Of a DNA stretch of 23,131 nt, positions 1 through 9,516 are shown piece by piece. Source of the DNA: Amoeboradix gromovi X-113 (lineage: Eukaryota; Fungi; Sanchytriomycota); the NCBI GenBank assembly GCA_018985225.1, contig JADGIF010000076.1:1-23131 (forward strand). The letters are read 5' to 3'. The translations under genes and the position numbers were made by a program. The notes below the pieces were generated by a model that saw nothing but the letters and a program-made list of their open reading frames with translations, did no database searches and was not told the DNA's origin. The first letter of the stretch is position 1. Each line of letters begins with the position of its first letter.

Positions 1-113
1 ATGAAAGAAAATTGGTATAATAGAAGAAGATCTTTTATTAATGATAGCATTTCCTCCGTATGGTGCACCTCCTTTAAAAACGAGTTAGTCTAGTTTTTAT
101 ATTTGGTGTCCCA
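1..113 (-). mobile_element. Partial inverted copy (left arm) of the MITE-like repeat, truncated by the window start
   Basis: The reverse complement of 1-113 aligns to 18892-19001 with 5 substitutions and one 3-nt indel. It contains the 31-bp inverted-repeat motif agttagtctagtttttatatttggtgtccca (83-113). Confidence 0.8.
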
Positions 114-558
114 TGTTAAAATGGTACCTACAAAGGTTCCTTACAATAAATTAATGTGCTATATCTTACAAATTGGAAAATTACACATTCAACTTAAGCG
201 CAAACCTGAGACAGCTGTATCCTAAAAGCGTGAGCATTTTGAAAGAAAATTCCAGTTCAAATTGCGTTCCAATAAATGGGGCATACTCTACAAATTATTA
301 AAAAATATTAGACTTAAGCTGGCAGTTCTTTATATTTATAAGAGAGTAAGAGGTATAAGGTAGTACTTTAATAGCCTAAAAACTAAAATAGCGGCATGTC
401 ATTGGAGAAAAAACGATGATTAAACGGTATCTCTTCAAGTTATCTACAGTTAAACAAATGTGAACTCTGATTATTTCAGATCTTCTCTTTTAACTCGGGC
501 GCTTTTACAATCTTTTATAAATTGTTGAGTGTCCCATCTCCTTATTACAATCTTTTCA

Positions 559-2628
559 ATGTCACACGAACATGAAGTTCATGAAATCGAAGAAAATTTC
601 ATCCTTGATCAGTTGAGTAAAAAGACAATGCTATCAGCGAACCCTCAAATGGTTCACAAACTGGCTCAATTATATGGTAAAAAAATGATTAATAATATGG
701 CAAAAAAGAAGTCAAATGACGTAGAACACGATATGGATTTAATGACTTTCTTTTCTACGCTGATGGAACTCACAATCAAAAAAGATGACCCACCTGAAGA
801 AGATGAATGTAGTGATTGTGAGAGTGTTAGTGAAGTTAGTGACACCGGATATGATAGAACTCGATATTTTAGTGTATCTGACCATACCTCCATTGCTCAC
901 TTACTAGTCAGTGAAGAGCTAAGGTTAAAACAAAATTTAATGCGCGAAAGAGAAGAATCGAAGATGCAACGCCAGGTTCAAAAGGATAAACAAAAGCAAA
1001 AGAGAGAAATAGAAGAAAATGAAAAGCTTAGATTAAAAGAGCTGGAGCAGCTGGAACATCAGCGAAAAGAATTGGAGTTTGCACGGAAAAAAATCGAACA
1101 GGAGGAATTTGAGCGTCGTAAGTTACAGGCTCGTTCTAAAATGGAAAGGAACTGCCGCAAATGGCTGTATCATTATGCTGATTCTGCTAAACCTAGGTTC
1201 ATTGATCTTATTAGACTGTCGGAAGAGTTTGATGAGATCCCAGTTTGTAAGTTGTACGAACTGGAATATAAATTTGACCCGAAGCGGGAATTTCAGGTGG
1301 AACACTTTGAGCTAGTTGACTCCGTTGCTGCTCATGCCTTTGACTTAAATAAATATGAAAGTGATGATGGTATTCAGTCTACCCCACTTCATTCTGCCAT
1401 TCGCGGTGCGTTGCGAAACAATGATTGGACAATTGTCAAGTTTCTATTCGAAAAAGACATTGATTATAGCATTCCTGACTCTGATGGCATGATTCCATTA
1501 CACTTGGGTATTCATCTAGATTCTCCTGAATTCATACTTTCTAAATTAATAGAGCACTCTGGTCCTTTGATTGATGAGAAAGACCCGAAATCTGGTTCAA
1601 CAGCTCTTCATATTGCATCTGCGAAAGGGAATGCTCGTTGTGTTAGAATGCTACTGCAAAACAAGGCCAGATTCAACCTACTAAATAACAGTGGAAAAAC
1701 GGCAGAGGAGTGTGCTAAAGCGTGCTATACACCAAATAACGACAAGACGGACTGGAATAAAATTACCAGTTTGCCAGGTAAGTGCGGATCAGTAAGTTCT
1801 TATTCAGCATGTTGTCATATGCTGCAGAGTAGTAGGGAGCAGGCAGAGTTAGAAAGGTTGGAGCAAATTAAACAGCGGGATGCTCTTAGATTGGAAGAAC
1901 TAGAGAAGTTGAAAATTCAGGAGCAAAAAGACGAAGAGGCTCGTAAGAAGGCTGCAAATAAGGTTAAGATGGGAGATGGATTTAGCCTAACACCTCACTA
2001 TTTAGAATCACCACCGTCTAAAAAGAAAAAGAATAAAAAAAAGAATAAGAAAAAGGACTCCACCACTACAGCTGTTAACAATGATGTTCAATCAGTTCAG
2101 TCTAGTGACAGATCTAGGTCTACTTCAAATGACAGCTTATTTCATACACCCAGCAAAACTGCCGTGAAGATGCAATTGAAGAACGAAATTGCGCCCCCTC
2201 CAGGATTTAGTGGAATCAGTGCAAGCGATTTAGAAAAGGAGCTATTAATGCAATCTAAGCCGGCACCGGCGATTGACCCAATTGAACATTTCTTAACTCG
2301 ACAAACTACACCACGAAGTAATAACCAATTTGTAAAAAACAATCTGAAGAGCATCAGAGGAACTCCTAAGCCAGTTAGAGATGGAGCACAAGCACCACCT
2401 GCACCACCTGGTTTTGAGGTTCAAGTTAGCGATGTGCAAGTTCTAAAACCTGTAGGATCTATTTTAAAAACCTTGCAAGTAGATAAAAATGAAAGAGAAG
2501 TATTCAAGCAAACGCGTAAAAAAGACTCTGGCTTTAGCTTGTTTAGCGATACAAAACCTCTGTTTACATCTAGCGCATTGTGGGGACCTACCAGAACAGA
2601 TCAGTCAGATTGGTTTTCAAATAAATAA
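559..2628 (+). CDS. Ankyrin-repeat protein with coiled-coil regions, poly-Lys tract and PPGF motifs; function unknown
   Basis: Uninterrupted ORF; first ATG at 559 (the track starts at a GTG at 529). Ankyrin-like motifs STPLHSAI, GMIPLHLGI and GSTALHIASAKGNARCVRMLLQNKARFNLLNNSGKTAEECA. E/K/R/Q-rich helices on both sides, KKKKNKKKNKKK, APPPGF and APPGF. Confidence 0.85.
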   Translation: MSHEHEVHEIEENFILDQLSKKTMLSANPQMVHKLAQLYGKKMINNMAKKKSNDVEHDMDLMTFFSTLMELTIKKDDPPEEDECSDCESVSEVSDTGYDRTRYFSVSDHTSIAHLLVSEELRLKQNLMREREESKMQRQVQKDKQKQKREIEENEKLRLKELEQLEHQRKELEFARKKIEQEEFERRKLQARSKMERNCRKWLYHYADSAKPRFIDLIRLSEEFDEIPVCKLYELEYKFDPKREFQVEHFELVDSVAAHAFDLNKYESDDGIQSTPLHSAIRGALRNNDWTIVKFLFEKDIDYSIPDSDGMIPLHLGIHLDSPEFILSKLIEHSGPLIDEKDPKSGSTALHIASAKGNARCVRMLLQNKARFNLLNNSGKTAEECAKACYTPNNDKTDWNKITSLPGKCGSVSSYSACCHMLQSSREQAELERLEQIKQRDALRLEELEKLKIQEQKDEEARKKAANKVKMGDGFSLTPHYLESPPSKKKKNKKKNKKKDSTTTAVNNDVQSVQSSDRSRSTSNDSLFHTPSKTAVKMQLKNEIAPPPGFSGISASDLEKELLMQSKPAPAIDPIEHFLTRQTTPRSNNQFVKNNLKSIRGTPKPVRDGAQAPPAPPGFEVQVSDVQVLKPVGSILKTLQVDKNEREVFKQTRKKDSGFSLFSDTKPLFTSSALWGPTRTDQSDWFSNK

Positions 2629-3433
2629 TTAAATTAAAAACTACTTCGTATCAAATGCGAGATAAGAGGTGCAAATCCTAGACCCAGTATTTGAATCAAT
2701 TAGCCACATAAGCTTATGAATAGTAAATTTGATATATATTGCTTACTATTGAAGTAGAATGCTCCTGTGATACGTAATTAAGAAATACCTCTTGTCCATA
2801 AGATAATGAAATTTGTTAGATCCGCTATGTTATTGCAAACTTGTACAAAAGTTCAATACAACTTTAGCTGTCATGTTACGTTTTATGAAAAAAGTAGCCA
2901 TCATGCCATAGCACTAAACATGAGGCTTCCAAGAAAAATAGACTAAGAGCGCGCATACACAAATCTTACAAGACCATTTCGACAACGCTAAAGTAGTAAC
3001 CACCCTGATCAAACTCCAAAAAGGTTTAAACAGAATTGATTATAGTACTCCTGCTTTATCATCGGCTATTATAGCGACCAAACTATCCTTTAACTCTAAG
3101 TCTTACTTAAAAGGAACTTTTATACTACTTATTTCAAAACAATGGCAAGTATAGCAGCAGCACTCAAAGATTTTGAATGGGTTCAGGGTTATGCCACTTT
3201 ACCCGCTGCGGTGCAATTAAGCATCGAGATCTGATTGTTTTTTACTACAATCTGTAATACATTAAATGAGAGCTAAAAACGGTGAACTGATAATTTGGCA
3301 GGAAAGAAATGACAGGACACCTACTTTGCATAATTGCAGTTGGTAAAACATGGGCAACTCTGTAAAAGTCAGAACTAAATGACTTTACAGAATTTCTTTT
3401 AAAATGCAAATTAATTTTTTTGACTTACCCCAT

Positions 3434-4479
3434 ATGGATCCAACATTGAGAACTTTAATTGAATCTGATTATAAATGGATATTCTGTGGAGGAAAAGGGT
3501 AGTTTATGTTAATGTAGTGGGGTTGGAAAAACAACTACTTCTTGCTCATTGAGTGTAACTTTGGCGTTATCAGGAAAGAAGGTCTTACTGATTTCCACAG
3601 ATCCGGCACACAACTTGAGCGATGCATTCAATCAAAAGTTTGGACAAAACCCTTTGCCTGTAACTGGATTTGACAAGTTGGAGCCCATCGAAGGGCTAAA
3701 TAAGGACGGGAAAGTAGGCGGACTTAGCTGTATGGAGATAGATCCACAGTCTACTATGAACGACATGATAAAGGAGGAAGGTGCTAGCATGCTGAATGAC
3801 TTTGGCATGAACATTCCCGGGGTAGATGAGGCCATGGCATTTGCTGAAATTATGAAATTGGTTAAAGGAATGTCTTATGACTGCGTAGTATTCGGTATTA
3901 ATTGCTAATTTAGATACGGCTCCTACTGGACACACTCTTAGATTTTTGTCCTTTCCTAGCGTCATGGACAAGGCTTTAGACAAGATTCGCGAATTGGGTG
4001 GTAAGTTTGGCGCAATTATGCAGCAGATGTCATCAATGATGGGATCCACTACCTCTCAAGAACAGATGTTTTCTAAAATGGCAGAAACACAAACTACGAT
4101 CAAGCAAGTACAAGCTGAATTCACTAATCCTGAGAAATGTACTTTTGTTTGTATTTGCATTGCCGAATTTCTGTCTCTGTACGAGACTGAAAGAATGATT
4201 CAAGAATTAATGGGATACGATATCGATACTCACAACATTATAGTTAACCAGCTAATTTTTGATTCTCCAGACGTTAAAAATGTTAAACTTTTAAAAGTTC
4301 GTAGACAGATGCAGCAAAAGTATTTGTCTCAAATTCATGAATTGTATGAGGATTTCCATGTTGTTGAAATGCCGTTACTAACTAAAGAGGTGCGTGGACT
4401 AGAGCGTATTAAGTTGTTCGGATCGTGGCTGTTGCGCGGGTACCAAATCGAGGAAGATATGGATTCTGATTTCGAATAA
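3434..4479 (+). CDS. GET3: GET3/ASNA1 (ArsA family) ATPase for tail-anchored protein insertion; exons 3434-3498, 3518-3894, 3914-4479; 335 aa
   Basis: The spliced product gives [20 protein letters not shown] (deviant Walker A), [39 protein letters not shown] and [20 protein letters not shown]. An alternative in-frame ATG lies at 3404. Confidence 0.96.
3499..3517 (+). other. 19-nt spliceosomal intron (GET3 intron 1, phase 2)
   Basis: gtagtttatgttaatgtag. Removal restores GGKG-GVGKTT; retention gives an immediate TAG. Confidence 0.93.
3895..3913 (+). other. 19-nt spliceosomal intron (GET3 intron 2, phase 1)
   Basis: gtattaattgctaatttag. Removal restores VVF-D-TAPTGH (switch II); the intron has an in-frame TAA. 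Confidence 0.93.
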
Positions 4480-4506
4480 ACTTTAAAAGTATTTAATTTA
4501 TTAGCT

Positions 4507-6777
4507 TCATTCTGAGTCCCTGTCCCTTAGAGTAGAGTCTTCATCTTCCTTCCTGTGTTCAACAGTTGGTTCCTGTTTCAGTGGCACATTTTCCTGTGCC
4601 GTGGGCTCATCTATGGGCTGAGTCACTTGTTGATTTATTCTATCACGTTGCTGTTGTCTCATTTGCTCTAATAATGCGTTCAATCTAGGATTTGGTTGAT
4701 TTGTTACAGCTGGTATTTGAACAGGCCTCTGTCTTTCATTTCTTCGTCTTAAATAGAACAAATATCCGCTAACTATGATCAATGCAAAGAAAACCAAGTT
4801 ATCCATTCCAGATGAGGCAGATGACTCGAAGAATAAGTGCTCAAGCATTGAAAAGTAATCATTTCCGTTTCTCTTCCAAGTCGGAGTTCTCATATCGTCT
4901 ATTTCCCAGTCAATATCCGTAGCCATTGGAGTAGCTTGCTCAGCAATAATTGGCTCACTTTTAGAACCCCTTGATTCTGAGTCACTTGATGAATAGAAAT
5001 AATCCTTGAATTCACTCCAACTCCATCTTAATCTTAGTTTAAGGTTGCTTAAGCTAACAACTAACCATGTATCCTTGTTGTATTCATACGCTAGATCATA
5101 AAACCGCATGGCCATGTTATAATCAACCTGAACAACTCCAATGCCATTCTCATACATGTATCCCAGGTTCCACGCAGCATATGAGCTTCTGTCGTCTGAT
5201 GCCGCCTTGTAGTACTCGAATGCCTGCTTTTTGTCCTCTTCAACTCCAAATCCAATATAATGGTAATCACCAGCCTTAATCCTGGCATCTATGTTACCTT
5301 GATTAGATGCCCTATGAAACTGAGTAAGCGCCAGTTTCCTTAGCTCAATTGGTAATGAAATGCTAGAGTTAGAAGTAACTATTTTGTTGTCAATTAGATA
5401 AGCTAAATTAACTTGAGCTAGTTCTATGCCCATTTCCGACGCAAACAGGTAATTAATCAACGAATTTTCAACATCGTTGTTGGCTAGTGACTCATAAGCA
5501 TGCACTGTATATGGATAAAACCACTCATAACCAGTTTCTGCTACCTTTTTGAATAAACTTACAGCTTGCTTGCAGTCCGAAGTAACACCCAGTCCATTTT
5601 CAAGCATATCTCCGAGTAAATACGACGCTTGAACGTTGCCTAGATGGGACGCTATATTTAAGTAGTTGCTACTTGCAATATAGTCCTTGTTATCTTTGTA
5701 ATACTTACCCAGTCTAGTTAAACCGTATGCATCCTGTCTCTCTGCAGCCTTTGTGTACATTGTTATTGCCTTCTTCATGTTTACAGCAGTATGTAACCCA
5801 AACTCATACATGTAGCCCAAACCTGAGTATGCCATTCCGTCACCAATATCAGCACTTTTTTTGAACCATTCATATGCCTGGGCATTGTTCTTTGTGACAT
5901 ATTCGCCTCTCAAATACATTCTGCCCACCATTGATGCAGACTTACCACCAAATAGCTTGTCTTTTGTACGAGAGGATATGTCATCATCCTCATCTTGCGG
6001 CTTGTCGACTGCATCGGCTGCCTTTTTAAAGTACATAAATGCTATTTGATAGCTCTGCTTAAAGTTTTGCAATCCCTGATAAAAAACTTGACCCAAAAGA
6101 TATTGACTACTTATGTCGCCGGATTCTGCCAGCATCTTTGAATAATCTATAATATCCTCTTCCGATATACCGCTACTTTCATCCCCAAAAATACGATCAC
6201 TTGGGGTTGAATGACTAATATGACCATATAAACCACCGTCTGCTGCTTCTAAATGGACAGGAAGAGGAGGTAATAAAGTGCCCAAAGGAGGACCATTAGT
6301 GCGATGCTTAACAACAATTTTAGCAGCCGCCTTGTAGTACTGCAATGACTTAGAACACGATTCTTTAAAACCTATCCCTTTCTTGTATCGATAGCCCATA
6401 GCCATTAGTGACGGTAGATGTCTGTCTCTAGAAGCTAGCGCCAGATGAATTAGGGATTGCTGAACTGAGTTTTCTGGTTGCGATATATTTGCTGATAAAA
6501 ACACACCTTTTACGAAATGGCCATAAGGATGACCGTCTTGAGCTAACAGCTCTGCGTACTCGAGAGATTTTTTATAATCGTGTACCTTGAATAGGTAATG
6601 ATCAAGTATGGTTTCTAAACTTTTGACGTGTTTGAAGCTGCCGTAGATATGTTGTAAATCCGAAATAGCTTTGTCAGGATCTTTAGATAATAGGTCTTTA
6701 GACTTTTCATATTCCAGTTCGGCCTGATTTTCAAGAGCTATCAAGCCGGTTGCAAATATAAGACAAACGAGCAACAT
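4507..6777 (-). CDS. HRD3: HRD3/SEL1L ERAD component (Sel1-repeat type I ER membrane protein)
   Basis: N-terminal hydrophobic signal peptide and many Sel1-like repeats (MAMGYRYKKGIG..SCSKSLQYYK; QYLLGQVFYQG; SGLGYMYEFG; GIELAQVNLAYL; QGNIDARIKAGDYHYIGFG; AAWNLGYMYENGIG). One TM helix, LVFFALIIVSGYLFYL, followed by RRR. Confidence 0.9.
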   Translation of the reverse strand: MLLVCLIFATGLIALENQAELEYEKSKDLLSKDPDKAISDLQHIYGSFKHVKSLETILDHYLFKVHDYKKSLEYAELLAQDGHPYGHFVKGVFLSANISQPENSVQQSLIHLALASRDRHLPSLMAMGYRYKKGIGFKESCSKSLQYYKAAAKIVVKHRTNGPPLGTLLPPLPVHLEAADGGLYGHISHSTPSDRIFGDESSGISEEDIIDYSKMLAESGDISSQYLLGQVFYQGLQNFKQSYQIAFMYFKKAADAVDKPQDEDDDISSRTKDKLFGGKSASMVGRMYLRGEYVTKNNAQAYEWFKKSADIGDGMAYSGLGYMYEFGLHTAVNMKKAITMYTKAAERQDAYGLTRLGKYYKDNKDYIASSNYLNIASHLGNVQASYLLGDMLENGLGVTSDCKQAVSLFKKVAETGYEWFYPYTVHAYESLANNDVENSLINYLFASEMGIELAQVNLAYLIDNKIVTSNSSISLPIELRKLALTQFHRASNQGNIDARIKAGDYHYIGFGVEEDKKQAFEYYKAASDDRSSYAAWNLGYMYENGIGVVQVDYNMAMRFYDLAYEYNKDTWLVVSLSNLKLRLRWSWSEFKDYFYSSSDSESRGSKSEPIIAEQATPMATDIDWEIDDMRTPTWKRNGNDYFSMLEHLFFESSASSGMDNLVFFALIIVSGYLFYLRRRNERQRPVQIPAVTNQPNPRLNALLEQMRQQQRDRINQQVTQPIDEPTAQENVPLKQEPTVEHRKEDEDSTLRDRDSE

Positions 6778-6816
6778 TTTTATGTTTCAAAATTATTAAA
6801 CGCACTTTATTAAAAA

Positions 6817-7579
6817 CTATAATTCAAACAATTCTTTCAAATATTTCATTGTTACATCAGGTGAAGTCACAGAATAGCCTTTGACTCTACTATCTGTAAA
6901 GATTTCATAGTCATTACCACCTATCTGGGTTTTATCTCCAAAAAAGTAAATACGCTTGAATCCTTCATTTTCAACATGGCGTAAGCAATAAGTCTTGTCC
7001 CATCTGAGTTAGAATTAAAAGATACCCAATCGGAAATACATCAAATGAAATTTGGCCACCAATACTATAAGTCAATCCATAATCTGAGAATTTCTCTTTC
7101 AACTTGTTCACAAACGTTTGACGAATCTTGTGAACATCGTCATACTTTTGAAATTCAAGTCTTTCCGGATAGGAGCAATTTCTGCCAATTGGACTAACAT
7201 TAATCATCCCGTTTCTAAATTCGATAAAAGTCCCTCTCTTCTGCGGAATGTCCAAGTTAGCTATATAGTTTAAAATGAAATTGGCGAGCTTTTGGTATCT
7301 TTCTTCACCGATGTAATTTATAAATGATTGAGAAGCCAACTGCTTTCCGTTTTTGTACGCTGTTAATCCGTTTTCGGCAAAGCAATAATCAAATCTGTCC
7401 AATACATCTTCGCCTATCTGTTCAATCTGTTTTGGTAAATCTGAACCACCTACAAATCCAACTGTGGCTTTGGTTCGTAATCTTTCTAAAAGTTCAAGGA
7501 TTTCTGGAGATGCAGATTTTCTAGCTGGAGTCAATGTACCATCAACATCAAATAATACCAAATCGTCATGTCTAGCCAT
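6817..7579 (-). CDS. SEC53: Eukaryotic phosphomannomutase (HAD-IIB); exons 7579-7026, 7003-6817; 246 aa
   Basis: [57 protein letters not shown]; after splicing, WDKTYCL...[17 protein letters not shown] at 7579, TAG at 6817-6819. Confidence 0.96.
7004..7025 (-). other. 22-nt spliceosomal intron (phosphomannomutase, phase 2)
   Basis: Minus strand gtatcttttaattctaactcag with canonical CTAAC. Removal restores FDVFPIG-WDKTYCL. Confidence 0.93.
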
Positions 7580-8145
7580 TTTAAAATCAGGTGTTTTGTA
7601 AATTATTTTAACGCTAAAAAATTTAATCAAGTAGAAAATTTGATATAACACTGGACTCTTGCTGCGAAAATTAATTATTCTAGTTTTTACACAGCCAAAC
7701 AGTTAGATGAAATATTGTTCACTTCATTGAAAGATGGATTTTCTAGAAAATTGAGAATTTCCAAAAAGAAATTAATTCCCCACTACTGTGATAGCTCACG
7801 CTTTCACTTACCTGAGGCGGATTGAATAGGGATACAGCTATTCCCGATAAATGATTTATTCAACAAAACTCATCATCTGTCATTTCTTATCTGCAAGTCA
7901 GGTCTTTTATAAATTGCTAGAAAACATTCAGTCTCTTGAAGCTCTGATTCATTATTTTTAAAGTCTTGGAGCTCGGTTTATAGTGACTGTTCAGGCGTCA
8001 TAATAGTACGTTAAGAAGATGTTAATACCTTGATGCAATATTAAATAGATGAGAATTTAACTGTTTACTGAAAATATTGCCAAATTTTGCACAAACTCAG
8101 CTTAGCTATCACTTTCATTATCTTTATCAAGGATGAATTGATAAC

Positions 8146-8206
8146 ATAAAGCTGTAGGATCTAACTAATTGTTGCAAGTACCAGGTCTAGTTTTATATTT
8201 GATGTC
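8146..8206 (+). repeat. Degenerate relic of the right arm of the MITE-like element
   Basis: gtctagttttatatttgatgtc (8185-8206) matches the inverted-repeat core with one T deleted. Upstream blocks ataaagctg and ttgtt(g/a)ca sit at nearly the same spacing as in 19318-19381. Confidence 0.6.
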
Positions 8207-8275
8207 TAATTGGCCAAGCATTAGATATCTATAAAAATGTTTTGCATATCCCGTTGTTTCTAGTTGTGTTGAAAT

Positions 8276-9499
8276 ATGCTTGTCAACAAATCAACTGTCT
8301 TTAACGGTTGGATTAGAGCCATAAGAAAAGGTAAAACCAAAATGTTTATTGAGGTTAGCAATGGGGTTAAAGAATACCAGGTAATTTCTAAACCTCTAAC
8401 TGGATTATCCATTGGATCCAGCGTACAATGTAGGGGCACAATTAAGACATTTAAAGATGTAACTGAAATTCATGCCGATAGTGTTACTACGATCGGCAAA
8501 TGCGATCCTGATAAATATCCTCTTCAGGGCAAACGGCATAAATTTGAATTTCTTAGAAAGTATCCACATTTAGCATCTAGACGAAAGTTTCAAAATTCCA
8601 TATTTCTCTTTCGTGATTTTCTTCAATTCGAGATTCACAAATACTTCCGAGACTTGTACTTCGTAAATGTAAACACTCCGTTACTAACAACAAATGACTG
8701 TGAAGGAGGTGGGTCGACGTTAGCCATCAAATCCCAAATATTTAACCAACCATGTCATCTTACTGTAAGTGCCCAACTGCATTTAGAAGCGTTAAATTCC
8801 GGAATTGAAAACGTTTATACTTTAAGCCCTTGTTTCCGTGCCGAGAAAACATTATCCAGTAAGCATTTGGCAGAATTTTACATGTTAGAAGCGGAATTAG
8901 GATTTTTGTCTGACCTAAATAAACTAATTGATTTTGTCGAGCGTCTTTTCTTACATTTAGTTGATATATCAGTATCATTTCTGCTTCCAAAATTGTCAAA
9001 CTTGCAAAAGGAGATAGATATTGATCTAAATGAGCTAGAAAAGTTGCACAAAAGTCTAGCAATACAACGAATCACTTTCGATGACGCCTTTAAACTACTG
9101 TCAAACTCGAGTGCAACATTTGAAATTCCGCTAAAATATGGTAATTTAGCAAGTGAGCATGAACATTATCTTGTTAATCATTTCCGATCCCCAATATTTG
9201 TTACTCATTATCCTAGCAGTAGCAAACCTTTTTATATGTCAAGCAAAGACGGAAAAGCAGACTGTTTTGATTTTCTTGTTCCAAAAGTAGGTGAATTAAT
9301 TGGCGGATCACTTCGCTCTAATGAACTGCTTAATGTGCCTGATAACCTAGAATGGTACAACGATATTAGAAGATATGGGAGCATACCACATGGTGGATTT
9401 GGACTGGGATTTGAACGATTTATTATGTACATGCTACAATTGGATTCTATAAGAGATACAATACCATTTCCGAGATACTACAAGAATATTAAATGTTAA
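8276..9499 (+). CDS. SLM5: Asparaginyl-tRNA synthetase, mitochondrial/bacterial type (SLM5/NARS2-like)
   Basis: OB-fold start GWIRAIR..FIEVSNG; TPLLTTNDCEGGG; LTVSAQLHLE; motif 2 FRAEKTLSSKHLAEFYMLEAE; GELIGGSLR; motif 3 RRYGSIPHGGFGLGFER; IRDTIPFPR. Confidence 0.9.
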   Translation: MLVNKSTVFNGWIRAIRKGKTKMFIEVSNGVKEYQVISKPLTGLSIGSSVQCRGTIKTFKDVTEIHADSVTTIGKCDPDKYPLQGKRHKFEFLRKYPHLASRRKFQNSIFLFRDFLQFEIHKYFRDLYFVNVNTPLLTTNDCEGGGSTLAIKSQIFNQPCHLTVSAQLHLEALNSGIENVYTLSPCFRAEKTLSSKHLAEFYMLEAELGFLSDLNKLIDFVERLFLHLVDISVSFLLPKLSNLQKEIDIDLNELEKLHKSLAIQRITFDDAFKLLSNSSATFEIPLKYGNLASEHEHYLVNHFRSPIFVTHYPSSSKPFYMSSKDGKADCFDFLVPKVGELIGGSLRSNELLNVPDNLEWYNDIRRYGSIPHGGFGLGFERFIMYMLQLDSIRDTIPFPRYYKNIKC

Positions 9500-9516
9500 A
9501 TAAACATCATTCTTTA

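Noticed and set aside
94-104. IR core ttttatatttg resembles the budding-yeast ARS consensus
   Set aside because: A 10/11 match to an AT-rich 11-mer is expected by chance, and sequence-defined origins of that type are specific to Saccharomyces-like yeasts.
2020-2055. A-rich tandem-like repeat aaaaagaat
   Set aside because: It simply encodes the poly-Lys/Asn tract of ORF1.
7806-7814. ACTTACCTG resembling the U1 snRNA 5' end
   Set aside because: No recognisable U1-70K loop, U1A loop or properly placed Sm site with a terminal stem downstream. An Infernal search would settle it.
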